From contig DAONDX010000003.1 of assembly GCA_035402765.1 (NCBI GenBank), forward strand, positions 50,682 to 114,681: a stretch of 64,000 nt of DNA, read 5' to 3'. Below are positions 1 to 7,906 of the stretch, piece by piece (position 1 is the stretch's first letter; each line of letters opens with the position of its first letter). The notes under the pieces are model-generated. The model made no database searches. It was not told where the DNA came from and saw only the letters and a program-made list of their open reading frames with translations. This DNA comes from Candidatus Omnitrophota bacterium (GTDB lineage: Bacteria; Omnitrophota; Gorgyraeia; Gygaellales; Profunditerraquicolaceae). Both the position numbers and the translations under genes were made by a program.

Positions 1-850
1 TAGCGTTAAAAACTCCGTCTACCGAGGATAATAAGTGTTCACTGGGCAAAAGAGTGGGGTGCACCCGAACCTCCAATTCATCAATTTCTTTTTTGGCGAT
101 CGCCAGCAGTTTTATGGTATAGCCTAATTCATTAGCATAAGCAATATCGGCAGCCGATACTTGCGCTATGCCTTCAATAAAAATATCCTTAAGGCTAACA
201 ATTTTTCCAAAAGCCAGGTAAGTAAGCAACACCAGCTTATGCGCTGAATCAAAACCTTGAATATCAAAAGTCGGATCTTTCTCGGCGAACCCCTTAAGCT
301 GAGCCCGCTCCAGGGCATTAGCAAAAGAACAGTTTTCTTTAGACATCTGAGTAAGCACATAATTTGATGTCCCGTTAACAATCCCGATAATGCTATTAAA
401 TTTATTCGCCACCAGCCCTTCTTTGATGGATTTTATAATCGGGATACCCGCGCCGACCGAAGCTTCGAAATAAATATTTTTTCCGCGATCCATCGCTTCT
501 CTGAATAATTCATTGCCATGTTCAGCCAAAAGAGCTTTATTCGCAGTAACCACGTGCTTACCCTTTTTTAAGGCCGCTAAAATAAACTCACGGGCAGGAT
601 TGATCCCTCCCATCAGTTCAACGACAATATCAATTCCGGGGTCATTAATAATTGCGTAGGCATCGCTGGTGAGTAATGATTTATCCAGGGAAACATCTCT
701 TTTTCTGGTCAAATCCTTATCGCAAATCCTTTTAATCACAATTTCAGTTTCTATCTTTTGTGCCAATAAAGATTTTCTGGAGCCTAAGATCTTGACTACT
801 CCACATCCAATATTACCCAGACCAATAATACCAATACTAATCTTTCTCAT
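1..850 (-). CDS. hom: Homoserine dehydrogenase (runs off the left edge of the window)
   Basis: Not in the ORF track. Manual translation from ATG at 850 gives MRKISIGIIGLGNIGCGVV (Rossmann fold), VVTANKALLA, FEASVGAGIPII and GFAEKDPTFDIQGFDSAHK. Confidence 0.93.
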   Translation of the reverse strand, partial: MRKISIGIIGLGNIGCGVVKILGSRKSLLAQKIETEIVIKRICDKDLTRKRDVSLDKSLLTSDAYAIINDPGIDIVVELMGGINPAREFILAALKKGKHVVTANKALLAEHGNELFREAMDRGKNIYFEASVGAGIPIIKSIKEGLVANKFNSIIGIVNGTSNYVLTQMSKENCSFANALERAQLKGFAEKDPTFDIQGFDSAHKLVLLTYLAFGKIVSLKDIFIEGIAQVSAADIAYANELGYTIKLLAIAKKEIDELEVRVHPTLLPSEHLLSSVDGVFNA

Positions 851-853
851 AAA

Positions 854-1213
854 TTAACCTTTCTTAAGATAATAACCGATTGTTTCACTGATTACTTTGC
901 GATGCTTTTCATCGATGGCTAAGAAAATAAGACGGGTATCATAAATTACCCCCTTAGTGATTTCTCTTGACTCCAGGACTTTAGCAATTGTCATTATGGG
1001 GTCCGGATCGAAAGGCAGGCGGATCTCAAGGGCTAAATTAGTCCCGACCGGAAATTGGCAATTGGTAGTCAAAAGCATTCCGCCCAGGCTTAAATTTTTC
1101 GTTTGCGAGATATCCGCATTACTATTATTCGGAATGACCCTGTAGGAAACAATAAACCTTCCATTAGCACGAGGATCTTTTCTTCTCTCTGCCCCTGCGT
1201 ATTCCTTAGACAT
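854..1213 (-). CDS. PilZ-domain protein (c-di-GMP receptor)
   Basis: ERRKDPR (RxxxR) and NLSLGG (D/NxSxxG) motifs; SD AGGAGG upstream. Confidence 0.85.
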   Translation of the reverse strand: MSKEYAGAERRKDPRANGRFIVSYRVIPNNSNADISQTKNLSLGGMLLTTNCQFPVGTNLALEIRLPFDPDPIMTIAKVLESREITKGVIYDTRLIFLAIDEKHRKVISETIGYYLKKG

Positions 1214-1382
1214 ATTGCCTCCTTTTATCCGCTTATGCTTAGCTATTTGCCTGTCTTTAAAGAACTTAACTGGATTAATAATTTTACCACAAATCTAAAT
1301 AAAGGAAAACAGAATATATTCTTTTGCAGTCCGGTTGCCTGCCCTGAAAAATTGTTTACCGTTTATATTAATTAAATTAAAC

Positions 1383-1440
1383 TTTGGGGGTTTTCCAGGA
1401 AATAGGCTCCGCGCCCATTTCCATTTAGAAAACCCCCAAA
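1383..1440. repeat. Long nested hairpin downstream of tRNA-Pro
   Basis: Perfect 13-bp inverted repeat TTTGGGGGTTTTC/GAAAACCCCCAAA enclosing an inner imperfect stem GGAAAT-A-GGC/GCC-C-ATTTCC. Confidence 0.75.
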
Positions 1441-1448
1441 GCCCGATA

Positions 1449-1525
1449 TGGTCGGGGCGACAGGACTTGAACCTGTGACCTCTTGAACCCCATTCAAGCG
1501 CTCTACCAAGCTGAGCCACGCCCCG
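1449..1525 (-). tRNA. tRNA-Pro(GGG)
   Basis: Cloverleaf CGGGGCG...CGCCCCG-ACCA; anticodon arm CTTGA-ATGGGGT-TCAAG; T-loop TTCAAGT. Confidence 0.95.
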
Positions 1526-1599
1526 TTTTGCCGAAACTTTTAAGTCTTGCAAAACGCTCCGAGCCATCTTTACATGTGGCGAGGAGCCTTTGCCAACAA

Positions 1600-2595
1600 C
1601 TATTCTTCCTTACTCTTCCTGGTCATCAAATCATTGACTGCCTGCCGAGGAGACTTATCTTTATAAAGCAAATGGTATACTTCTTTAATAATAGGCATAT
1701 CTATTTTATATTTCCGGCTTAAGGCATAGGCAGATTTTGCCGTAGGAACGCCTTCTGCCACCATCTGCATATGACGGCAAATTTCTTTTAGGCTTTTTCC
1801 TTTTCCGATCAACTCTCCAACATTGCGGTTACGGCTTTGCTGGCTAATACAGGTGGTCACCAAATCGCCTAGTCCGCTAATCCCGCTGAAAGTTTCCGGT
1901 TTTGCCCCCATAGCCTTGCCTAATCTGGAGATCTCAGCCAGCCCCCGGGTAAGAATAGCAGCTTTAGTATTAGTCCCGAAACCTAAACCGTCGGATACGC
2001 CGCAGGCAATCGCGATGACATTCTTTAAGCTCCCCCCCAGTTCAACACCGGTTACATCCGGGTTAGTATAAACCCGGAATCTATTTGTGCTAAATACCGC
2101 CTGGATAGTTTTACGTATTTGCTTATTATTAGAGGCCGCCACGGCGGTTGTGGGAATCTCTTTAGCTACTTCTGAAGCAATCGTCGGACCGGATAAAACA
2201 GCCAGTTTAACCGGCCCAAGCTCTGCCTGAATTACTTCCGATATCCTTTTAGAAGATTTTACTTCAATGCCTTTGGTTACGCTTAAAAATATAGTTTTTT
2301 TAGCAAAAAGGCCTGTCATCTTTTTCAGCGTCAGACGGGTATACTGCGAGGGAATTGCCAATACGATAATTTCTTTATCCGCCACCGCTTTTTTAATATC
2401 ATTGGTGATGGTGATATTTTGCGGAATTTTTATTCCCGGCAGGAACCTGGGGTTTTGGCGGGTCTTAATCATGACTTTGCTATAGTCGGCGAAAGCCCCC
2501 CAAAGCGTAACCGGATAGCCTTTTTTAGAAAGCAATACCGCAAGAGTTGTTCCCCAGCCACCGTCTCCAATCACTGCAATGCGTAATTTAGACAT
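1600..2595 (-). CDS. gpsA: NAD(P)H-dependent glycerol-3-phosphate dehydrogenase
   Basis: IGDGGWGTTLA, LSGPTIASEV, GVELGGSLKNVIAIA, GLGDLVTTC and SRN motifs. Confidence 0.96.
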   Translation of the reverse strand: MSKLRIAVIGDGGWGTTLAVLLSKKGYPVTLWGAFADYSKVMIKTRQNPRFLPGIKIPQNITITNDIKKAVADKEIIVLAIPSQYTRLTLKKMTGLFAKKTIFLSVTKGIEVKSSKRISEVIQAELGPVKLAVLSGPTIASEVAKEIPTTAVAASNNKQIRKTIQAVFSTNRFRVYTNPDVTGVELGGSLKNVIAIACGVSDGLGFGTNTKAAILTRGLAEISRLGKAMGAKPETFSGISGLGDLVTTCISQQSRNRNVGELIGKGKSLKEICRHMQMVAEGVPTAKSAYALSRKYKIDMPIIKEVYHLLYKDKSPRQAVNDLMTRKSKEE

Positions 2596-2598
2596 AGC

Positions 2599-3345
2599 TT
2601 ATTTCAAGTCCCTCTTTTTATTTGTTCTTAACATGGCTAATTCCCAGGCATAATCGTAAAGGTGCAAACCCTTGCTCACGGCAATAATTTCTCCGTCCTC
2701 AACTCCGATTTCTTCAGCCATATATTGTTTTACCAGCTGCAAACCTCCCAAATTCGAAGGGAAACCGCCCCAAAGATCCCAGGAACGAAAGTAAAGTATA
2801 AAATGTAATTTACCATAACGCAGCCGCGTATCAATTAACCTTAGGCAAGGTGGATCAACCAGTTTAATATCCGAAGGCATGCCGATTTCCATGACTGCCT
2901 GATTAGTGCCGGGGCCTTTCTCCTTGTACATTTTAATTACTTCTTCCACCTGGTTGACATTTAAAGGCATATCCGAAATCAATTCCCGGCCGTTTAAATT
3001 CTGTTTGATCCTGACTTTAGGATCAACTAATCTTTCTCCGTAAGTATAATCTTCAGTTTCGGTTTTGGCTCCGGTTAAAAGGTAACTTAAATACCCCTGG
3101 ATATAGTCCATATCGGTAGGAGCGGGAATATTCATTCCTTCCGGGATAATCGGAATGATTTGATGGCCGGGCCTCTTCACCCGGACAGAAACAAAATCAA
3201 ACTCCAATCTTTTTTGCCCGGTATAGCTGCCTCGGGTGATAGTATACAAATGCCCTTGGTCTAAGATCGCGGATAAACATTGGAACCAGGCGTCATCAAG
3301 ATCAAAAGCATCGATAAAAACCGGTTTTAAGAATTCTTCGGCCAT
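2599..3345 (-). CDS. thyA: Thymidylate synthase (ThyA fold, short divergent type)
   Basis: YTYGERL, catalytic PPC, FRSWDLWGGFPSN and LHLYD motifs. Confidence 0.82.
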   Translation of the reverse strand: MAEEFLKPVFIDAFDLDDAWFQCLSAILDQGHLYTITRGSYTGQKRLEFDFVSVRVKRPGHQIIPIIPEGMNIPAPTDMDYIQGYLSYLLTGAKTETEDYTYGERLVDPKVRIKQNLNGRELISDMPLNVNQVEEVIKMYKEKGPGTNQAVMEIGMPSDIKLVDPPCLRLIDTRLRYGKLHFILYFRSWDLWGGFPSNLGGLQLVKQYMAEEIGVEDGEIIAVSKGLHLYDYAWELAMLRTNKKRDLK

Positions 3346-3731
3346 TAAACGCGGGTTCTTTCTTTAGCTTCCTTTACAAATTTTTTAAAGGTAACTATAA
3401 TTTCAGCTACCGGCATATTTTTACCGATGTAGCCGCAACAACCAAACTGCTTACTTTTGCCGATCAATTCCTCGTCGAATCCAAATCCCGTGATCATCAC
3501 CACCGGTAAATCCGAGTATTTTTCCCGGATATCTTTAAGCACATCTAAACCGCTGATTCCGGAAAGCTTAATATCTAACAACACAACATCAAAAGTTTCT
3601 TTTTTCAGTAAAGCCAGGGCTTCTTCGCCGCTGCCGCAGGTCACCGGGACACAATCTTCTTTTTTGAACAAATCTTCCAGCAAATCCCTGACCGGCGGTT
3701 CGTCATCAACAACCAAAATTTTATAGAGCAC
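3345..3731 (-). CDS. Single-domain response regulator (CheY-like receiver)
   Basis: ILVVDDE, LLDIKL (phospho-acceptor Asp), MITG and YIGK motifs. Confidence 0.92.
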   Translation of the reverse strand: MLYKILVVDDEPPVRDLLEDLFKKEDCVPVTCGSGEEALALLKKETFDVVLLDIKLSGISGLDVLKDIREKYSDLPVVMITGFGFDEELIGKSKQFGCCGYIGKNMPVAEIIVTFKKFVKEAKERTRV

Positions 3732-3743
3732 AGTTACCTCCTT

Positions 3744-5180
3744 TTAAGCAAAAGGTAATTTGACGGTAAAAGTTGTTCCTTGGTTGATCCGGCTCTCTAG
3801 TTCAATGGAGCCGTTATGATTCTTAATAATATTATGACAAATTGACAAGCCTAATCCGGTACCCTGCCCTTTAGTTGAGAAAAAAGGCATAAAAATATTT
3901 TTAAGGTTGGTTTCCGGAATGCCCATGCCGGTATCGGTGATTTGAATTAGAGCATAACGATTCTGAAAATTACTCGTGGTAATTTTAATTACTCCGCCTT
4001 CAGGCATAGACTGATAGGCGTTAATGATGATATTCAGAAAAACTTCTTGCAATTGGTCCAGATCGCCCGAAATTTTAGGTATATTTTTTTCAAAGATCTT
4101 TTCAATTTTAACTTCAACCGATGGTAAATTATTATAGAGCGCTAAAGGCAAAGCCAGTTCAATAATTTCATTAATATCCACAGGCTCAAGGGTAAGGGCG
4201 GATTTACGGGCGAATTTTAAAACCCGGTCAACCAACTTACGTATACGATTTACTTGGGAATCAATCAAATCAATTGTCTCTGCGAATTTAGAAGCGAGTT
4301 TTTCCCCTTTGAGCATTACCAATCTTCCGGAAATGACAAAAAGCGGGTTATTTATCTCATGCGCAATCCCGGCAGAAAGCTGCCCCAGAGCGGCTAATTT
4401 CTCAGCCTGAAAGATCTGGTATTCCAGCTTTTTTGTTCGGGTAATATCTTTAGCAATAAATACATAGCCGGTCAATTTACCCTGGGCATCCAAAAAATTA
4501 TTTACCGTCAACCTGACCGGGATAGTGGAACCGGCATTAGTCAGCAGGTTAATCTCTGATTCATATTTGCCGAATTGATGCACGTGTTTAAGAATAGCTT
4601 CAAGTTCCAAAACAGCTTTATTGCTGCTATGCAGGATACTTGCGTGCTTAAAGATGATCTCCGGTTTACTATAACCGAACATCTTTTCGCAACCCATCCC
4701 GAAATAGGTAATTAAACTATCCAGGTTGATTACATAGAGAGCATATTCGTCAATACTGGAAATAATATTCTTCAGGGAATCATCAATATTCTTGAGCGAA
4801 TTTTTACCTTCCTGGCTTTCAGTGATATCATGGCCCAACAATAAGCTGCCCTGTATCCGCTCATGCTTATCAAGAATAGGAGTGACATTCCAGGATATTA
4901 ATCTGGAATCACCTTGGCTGCTTTTAAGGTGACATTCAAAATCCTTGGTTCTTCGATAAGTTAAAGCGTCATCTAAAACCGCCTTAAACATCTCTCTTTT
5001 AATCGTGTTATCGTCGTTTTTAAAGAGTATGCTAAGCCAGTTTTTGCCTACAATTTCAGCGGAGTTTAGCCCAACCGTACCCTGAGTTTTTTTATTACAA
5101 AGAACGATGTTTCCATTCTGATCTAAATAAAGCACTAATACCGCGGCATCCTCTATCAGTTTAGAAAAAATATCTTTCAT
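3744..5180 (-). CDS. Cytoplasmic two-PAS sensor histidine kinase
   Basis: Two PAS-like segments; H-box IAHEINNPL, N-box FLNIIINA, DTGMGI, FFSTK and GTGLGL. Confidence 0.93.
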   Translation of the reverse strand: MKDIFSKLIEDAAVLVLYLDQNGNIVLCNKKTQGTVGLNSAEIVGKNWLSILFKNDDNTIKREMFKAVLDDALTYRRTKDFECHLKSSQGDSRLISWNVTPILDKHERIQGSLLLGHDITESQEGKNSLKNIDDSLKNIISSIDEYALYVINLDSLITYFGMGCEKMFGYSKPEIIFKHASILHSSNKAVLELEAILKHVHQFGKYESEINLLTNAGSTIPVRLTVNNFLDAQGKLTGYVFIAKDITRTKKLEYQIFQAEKLAALGQLSAGIAHEINNPLFVISGRLVMLKGEKLASKFAETIDLIDSQVNRIRKLVDRVLKFARKSALTLEPVDINEIIELALPLALYNNLPSVEVKIEKIFEKNIPKISGDLDQLQEVFLNIIINAYQSMPEGGVIKITTSNFQNRYALIQITDTGMGIPETNLKNIFMPFFSTKGQGTGLGLSICHNIIKNHNGSIELESRINQGTTFTVKLPFA

Positions 5181-5200
5181 ATCGGCGCCCGTAGTAAATA

Positions 5201-5239
5201 AGCGGGTGATCGGAATCGAACCGACATAATTGTTGCTTG
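5201..5239 (-). pseudogene. 3' half of an interrupted second tRNA-Gly
   Basis: Sense CAAGCAACAATTATGTCGGTTCGATTCCGATCACCCGCT: intact T-arm and acceptor strand CACCCGC, complementary to the 5' half at 5396-5429. Confidence 0.8.
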
Positions 5240-5395
5240 TCCCGCCACCTCAGATTTTTCATGTACAGCGGGATACCGCCGCTATCTATTATAGTTCTAA
5301 GCGGGAGAGGGGAATCGAACCCCCATTCATAGCTTGGAAGGCTATTGTTCTACCACTGAACTACTCCCGCATTAAACTTTAAGATAGCGGCGGGA
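5240..5395. mobile_element. 156-bp inverted-repeat-bounded insert in a tRNA-Gly anticodon loop, carrying an intact tRNA-Gly
   Basis: Termini TCCCGCC (5240) and GGCGGGA (5389-5395). Internal 12-bp IR CCGCCGCTATCT (5276-5287) / AGATAGCGGCGG (5382-5393) flanks the tRNA. Mobility is inferred. Confidence 0.55.
5300..5370 (-). tRNA. tRNA-Gly(TCC), CCA not encoded
   Basis: GCGGGAG...CTCCCGC-T; anticodon arm ATAGC-CTTCCAA-GCTAT; T-loop TTCGATT. Confidence 0.95.
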
Positions 5396-5429
5396 GAAGG
5401 CTATTATTCTACCATTGAACTACACCCGC
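5396..5429 (-). pseudogene. 5' half of an interrupted second tRNA-Gly
   Basis: Sense GCGGGTGTAGTTCAATGGTAGAATAATAGCCTTC, ending within the anticodon. Confidence 0.8.
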
Positions 5430-5438
5430 AAAAAAAAA

Positions 5439-5524
5439 TGGTGGGCAGGAAAGGATTCGAACCTTTGAAGCACAGGTGCAACAGATTTACAGTCTGTCCC
5501 CTTTGGCCACTTGGGTACCTGCCC
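5439..5524 (-). tRNA. tRNA-Tyr(GTA)
   Basis: GGGCAGG...CCTGCCC-ACCA; anticodon arm ACAGA-CTGTAAA-TCTGT; long variable arm. Confidence 0.95.
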
Positions 5525-5650
5525 TAGAATTTTTTGTTTTCTAAAAAATTTTACTTCGAGCGTTTCCTTTGGAGAATATCCAGGCTTAACGAGAAGTAAA
5601 TTAATTCGATCTTAAAGAACAAAAGAGAATTCAAATGCGCGTAATATTTA

Positions 5651-5936
5651 AGCCGACGAGAGGATTTGAACCCCCGACCCGCTACCAGAGGGGCTCTGCC
5701 CCTATGGCGCTCCTCACTAACGTTCGTCGCTGTTACCCCGAATCCGCGGGGGAAGTTTTCCCCCGCACCCCTTTCGGGTCGGACGTATATTTAAGCCGAC
5801 GAGAGGATTTGAACCCCCGACCCGCTACCAGAGGGGCTCTGCCCCTATGGCGCTCCTCACTAACGTTCGTCGCTGTTACCCCGAATCCGCGGGGGAAGTT
5901 TTCCCCCGCACCCCTTTCGGGTCGGACGTATATTTA
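5651..5936 (-). repeat. Two identical 143-bp tandem units, each a structured element plus the 33-nt 3' end of tRNA-Thr
   Basis: Units start at 5651 and 5794 and the real tRNA end is at 5937 (period 143). Each unit contains ACCAGAGGGGCTCTGCCCCTATGGCGCT and GCGGGGGAAGTTTTCCCCCGC. Confidence 0.92.
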
Positions 5937-6009
5937 AGCCGACGAGAGGATTTGAACCCCCGACCCGCTGTTTACAAAACAGCCGCTCTACCAACTGAGC
6001 TACGTCGGC
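5937..6009 (-). tRNA. tRNA-Thr(TGT), CCA not encoded
   Basis: GCCGACG...CGTCGGC-T; anticodon arm GCTGT-TTTGTAA-ACAGC; Thr-Tyr-Gly order matches the common bacterial tRNA cluster. Confidence 0.95.
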
Positions 6010-6010
6010 A

Positions 6011-6865
6011 CTAGCTACAAATCTTTAGCGCATCCGGAATCCGGCTGATAATATCCGATGCGATTAATCCCATTTGTGTTTTATCGCAAGCGCCGATATC
6101 GCCGGCTAAACCGTGAACATAAGTCGCATACTTTGCCGCGTCAAAAACTTCCAGGCCTTGCGCCAGAAAAGCACCGACCATGCCGCTGAGCACATCGCCG
6201 CTTCCAGCAGTAGCCATTCCGGGGTTGCCGGTATTATTGATATAAAATTTAGAACCGCCATCAGTTACAATGCTGCGATGGCCTTTAAGGATAATTATAG
6301 TATTATAATATTTAGCGTACTTTTTAGCAATCAATTTCCTGTTTTTATTTATAAAATCAAGATCTATCCCAAAAAGCCCGGACATCTCTTTGGCGTGAGG
6401 AGTTAAAACAACTCCTCCTTGATGCTGTTGAATTATTTTCAAATGGTGCGTCAATGCATTTAGGCCATCAGCATCAATTACAGTAGGCAAGCTTGACTGC
6501 TTGATTATTTTTCTTACCAAAGCATCAGTTGACTTATGCTTACCTAACCCCGGCCCGATAATTAAAACGTCAGCAGTTTTAAGAAACAGCTTGATCCTGG
6601 AAAATGCCGCTAAACTTAATGTCCCATCTTTAGTTTGCGGCAGAGGCAAGGTCATTACCTCTTTAATCTTGTTCTTAATGACTGCCGAATTAATACCCTC
6701 CGGTACGCCCACGGTTACCAGACCCGCTCCAGAGCGTAAAGCTGCTTCAGCACAAAGTAAAGCCGCCCCCGAAAACCGTCGACAACCGGCCAAAATCAAG
6801 ATGCTGCCATAATCGCCTTTATGAGAATCAGCTTTTCTTCGTAACAACTGCGTTGGCAACCGCAT
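6011..6865 (-). CDS. nnrD: ADP-dependent NAD(P)H-hydrate dehydratase (stand-alone YjeF C-terminal domain)
   Basis: SHKGDYG, IGPGLG, VIDADGLN, LTPHAKEM and GMATAGSGDVLSG motifs. Start at 6865 or 6877. Confidence 0.92.
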   Translation of the reverse strand: MRLPTQLLRRKADSHKGDYGSILILAGCRRFSGAALLCAEAALRSGAGLVTVGVPEGINSAVIKNKIKEVMTLPLPQTKDGTLSLAAFSRIKLFLKTADVLIIGPGLGKHKSTDALVRKIIKQSSLPTVIDADGLNALTHHLKIIQQHQGGVVLTPHAKEMSGLFGIDLDFINKNRKLIAKKYAKYYNTIIILKGHRSIVTDGGSKFYINNTGNPGMATAGSGDVLSGMVGAFLAQGLEVFDAAKYATYVHGLAGDIGACDKTQMGLIASDIISRIPDALKICS

Positions 6866-7184
6866 AAGTTTTGACATGTGATATTGAAATATGTACGTTG
6901 ATATCTTTGCCTTTACCGTTTAAGAATAAACAAACCGGCTTGCCATCTGAATCATTATGTATTTGAATATCCTGCCAGGAAAGCTGGTTATCCCCGACTG
7001 CTTTAAAAATCGCCTCTTTGGCAGCGAATCTTCCGGCTAAATGCTGATAAAAAGAAGTTTTAGTCCGGGCATTCTTTATTTCGGCCGGAGTAAAAACGCG
7101 CTCTAAAAAATCCTGGCCCCACTTTTCGACTGCTTGGCGAATACGCCTTACTTCAGTGATATCTACCCCGGTTCCGATCAGCAT
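6828..7184 (-). CDS. acpS: Holo-ACP synthase
   Basis: GVDITE, LAGRFAAKEAIFKA and HISISH motifs. Confidence 0.95.
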   Translation of the reverse strand: MLIGTGVDITEVRRIRQAVEKWGQDFLERVFTPAEIKNARTKTSFYQHLAGRFAAKEAIFKAVGDNQLSWQDIQIHNDSDGKPVCLFLNGKGKDINVHISISHVKTYAVANAVVTKKS

Positions 7185-7897
7185 TATTTAATTAGCTCCC
7201 GCATTTCTTTAACCGCCGAAATTAACCCCGCGTATAAAGCTTTACAAATAATTGAATATCCGATATTAAGTTCCTGAATACCTTTAATTTCAGCGATCGG
7301 TTTTACGTTTGAATAATCCAAACCATGTCCGGCACAAACCAGTAAACCTTGCGCCTGAGCATAATCTACGGCTAGTTTTAACTGATTAAGAAATTGATTT
7401 CTTTGCCGGAAAGTTTTTGCCAAAGCGTATCTGCCGGTATGCAGCTCGACAATCGAGGCGCCGGATTTTCCGGCGGCAATAATTTGTTTCTTATCCGGGT
7501 CGACAAATATACTTACCTGAATATCAGCGCGTTTCAATTTATTTACGGCCGCAGCAATAACTTTAAGGTTGCCAGCGACATTTAAGCCGCCTTCAGTAGT
7601 CAATTCATTTCTTTTTTCGGGCACCAAAGTAGCCTGATCCGGCCTGACCCGGGATGCAATTTTTAAAATCCCCGGGTTAATGGACATTTCAAGATTAAAC
7701 TTAACGGTTATCTTTTTACCTAACAGTTTAACATCTTGATCCTGGATGTGCCGGCGGTCTTCTCTTAAATGCGCCACGATACTTTCAGCTCCGGCCTGTT
7801 CAGCTAAAAAAGCGGCATCCACAGGATCAACAAGATGCCCGCCGCGCGCTTGACGCAAAGTTGCTACATGATCGATATTTACTCCTAAACTAGGCAT
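7184..7897 (-). CDS. pdxJ: Pyridoxine 5'-phosphate synthase
   Basis: LGVNIDHVATLRQAR, HLREDRRHIQD, ELHTG, AGHGL and ELNIG motifs. Confidence 0.97.
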   Translation of the reverse strand: MPSLGVNIDHVATLRQARGGHLVDPVDAAFLAEQAGAESIVAHLREDRRHIQDQDVKLLGKKITVKFNLEMSINPGILKIASRVRPDQATLVPEKRNELTTEGGLNVAGNLKVIAAAVNKLKRADIQVSIFVDPDKKQIIAAGKSGASIVELHTGRYALAKTFRQRNQFLNQLKLAVDYAQAQGLLVCAGHGLDYSNVKPIAEIKGIQELNIGYSIICKALYAGLISAVKEMRELIK

Positions 7898-7906
7898 ATT
7901 TTGATT

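Noticed and set aside
1295-1567. 90-aa ORF
   Set aside because: It reads through tRNA-Pro.
5240-5395. Group I intron in the tRNA anticodon loop
   Set aside because: Only about 85 nt remain once the inner tRNA is excluded, the insert does not end in the required terminal G (sense ends ...GGGA), and no P7 core is visible.
5651-5936. Classical genomic island between tRNA and att duplicate
   Set aside because: Only 110 bp separate the repeats and there is no integrase. A fully deleted island scar would not easily explain the same core at a different tRNA.
5635-5937. 100-aa plus-strand ORF with internal repeats
   Set aside because: It is antisense to the tRNA-Thr tandem repeat and is a by-product of the non-coding repeat.
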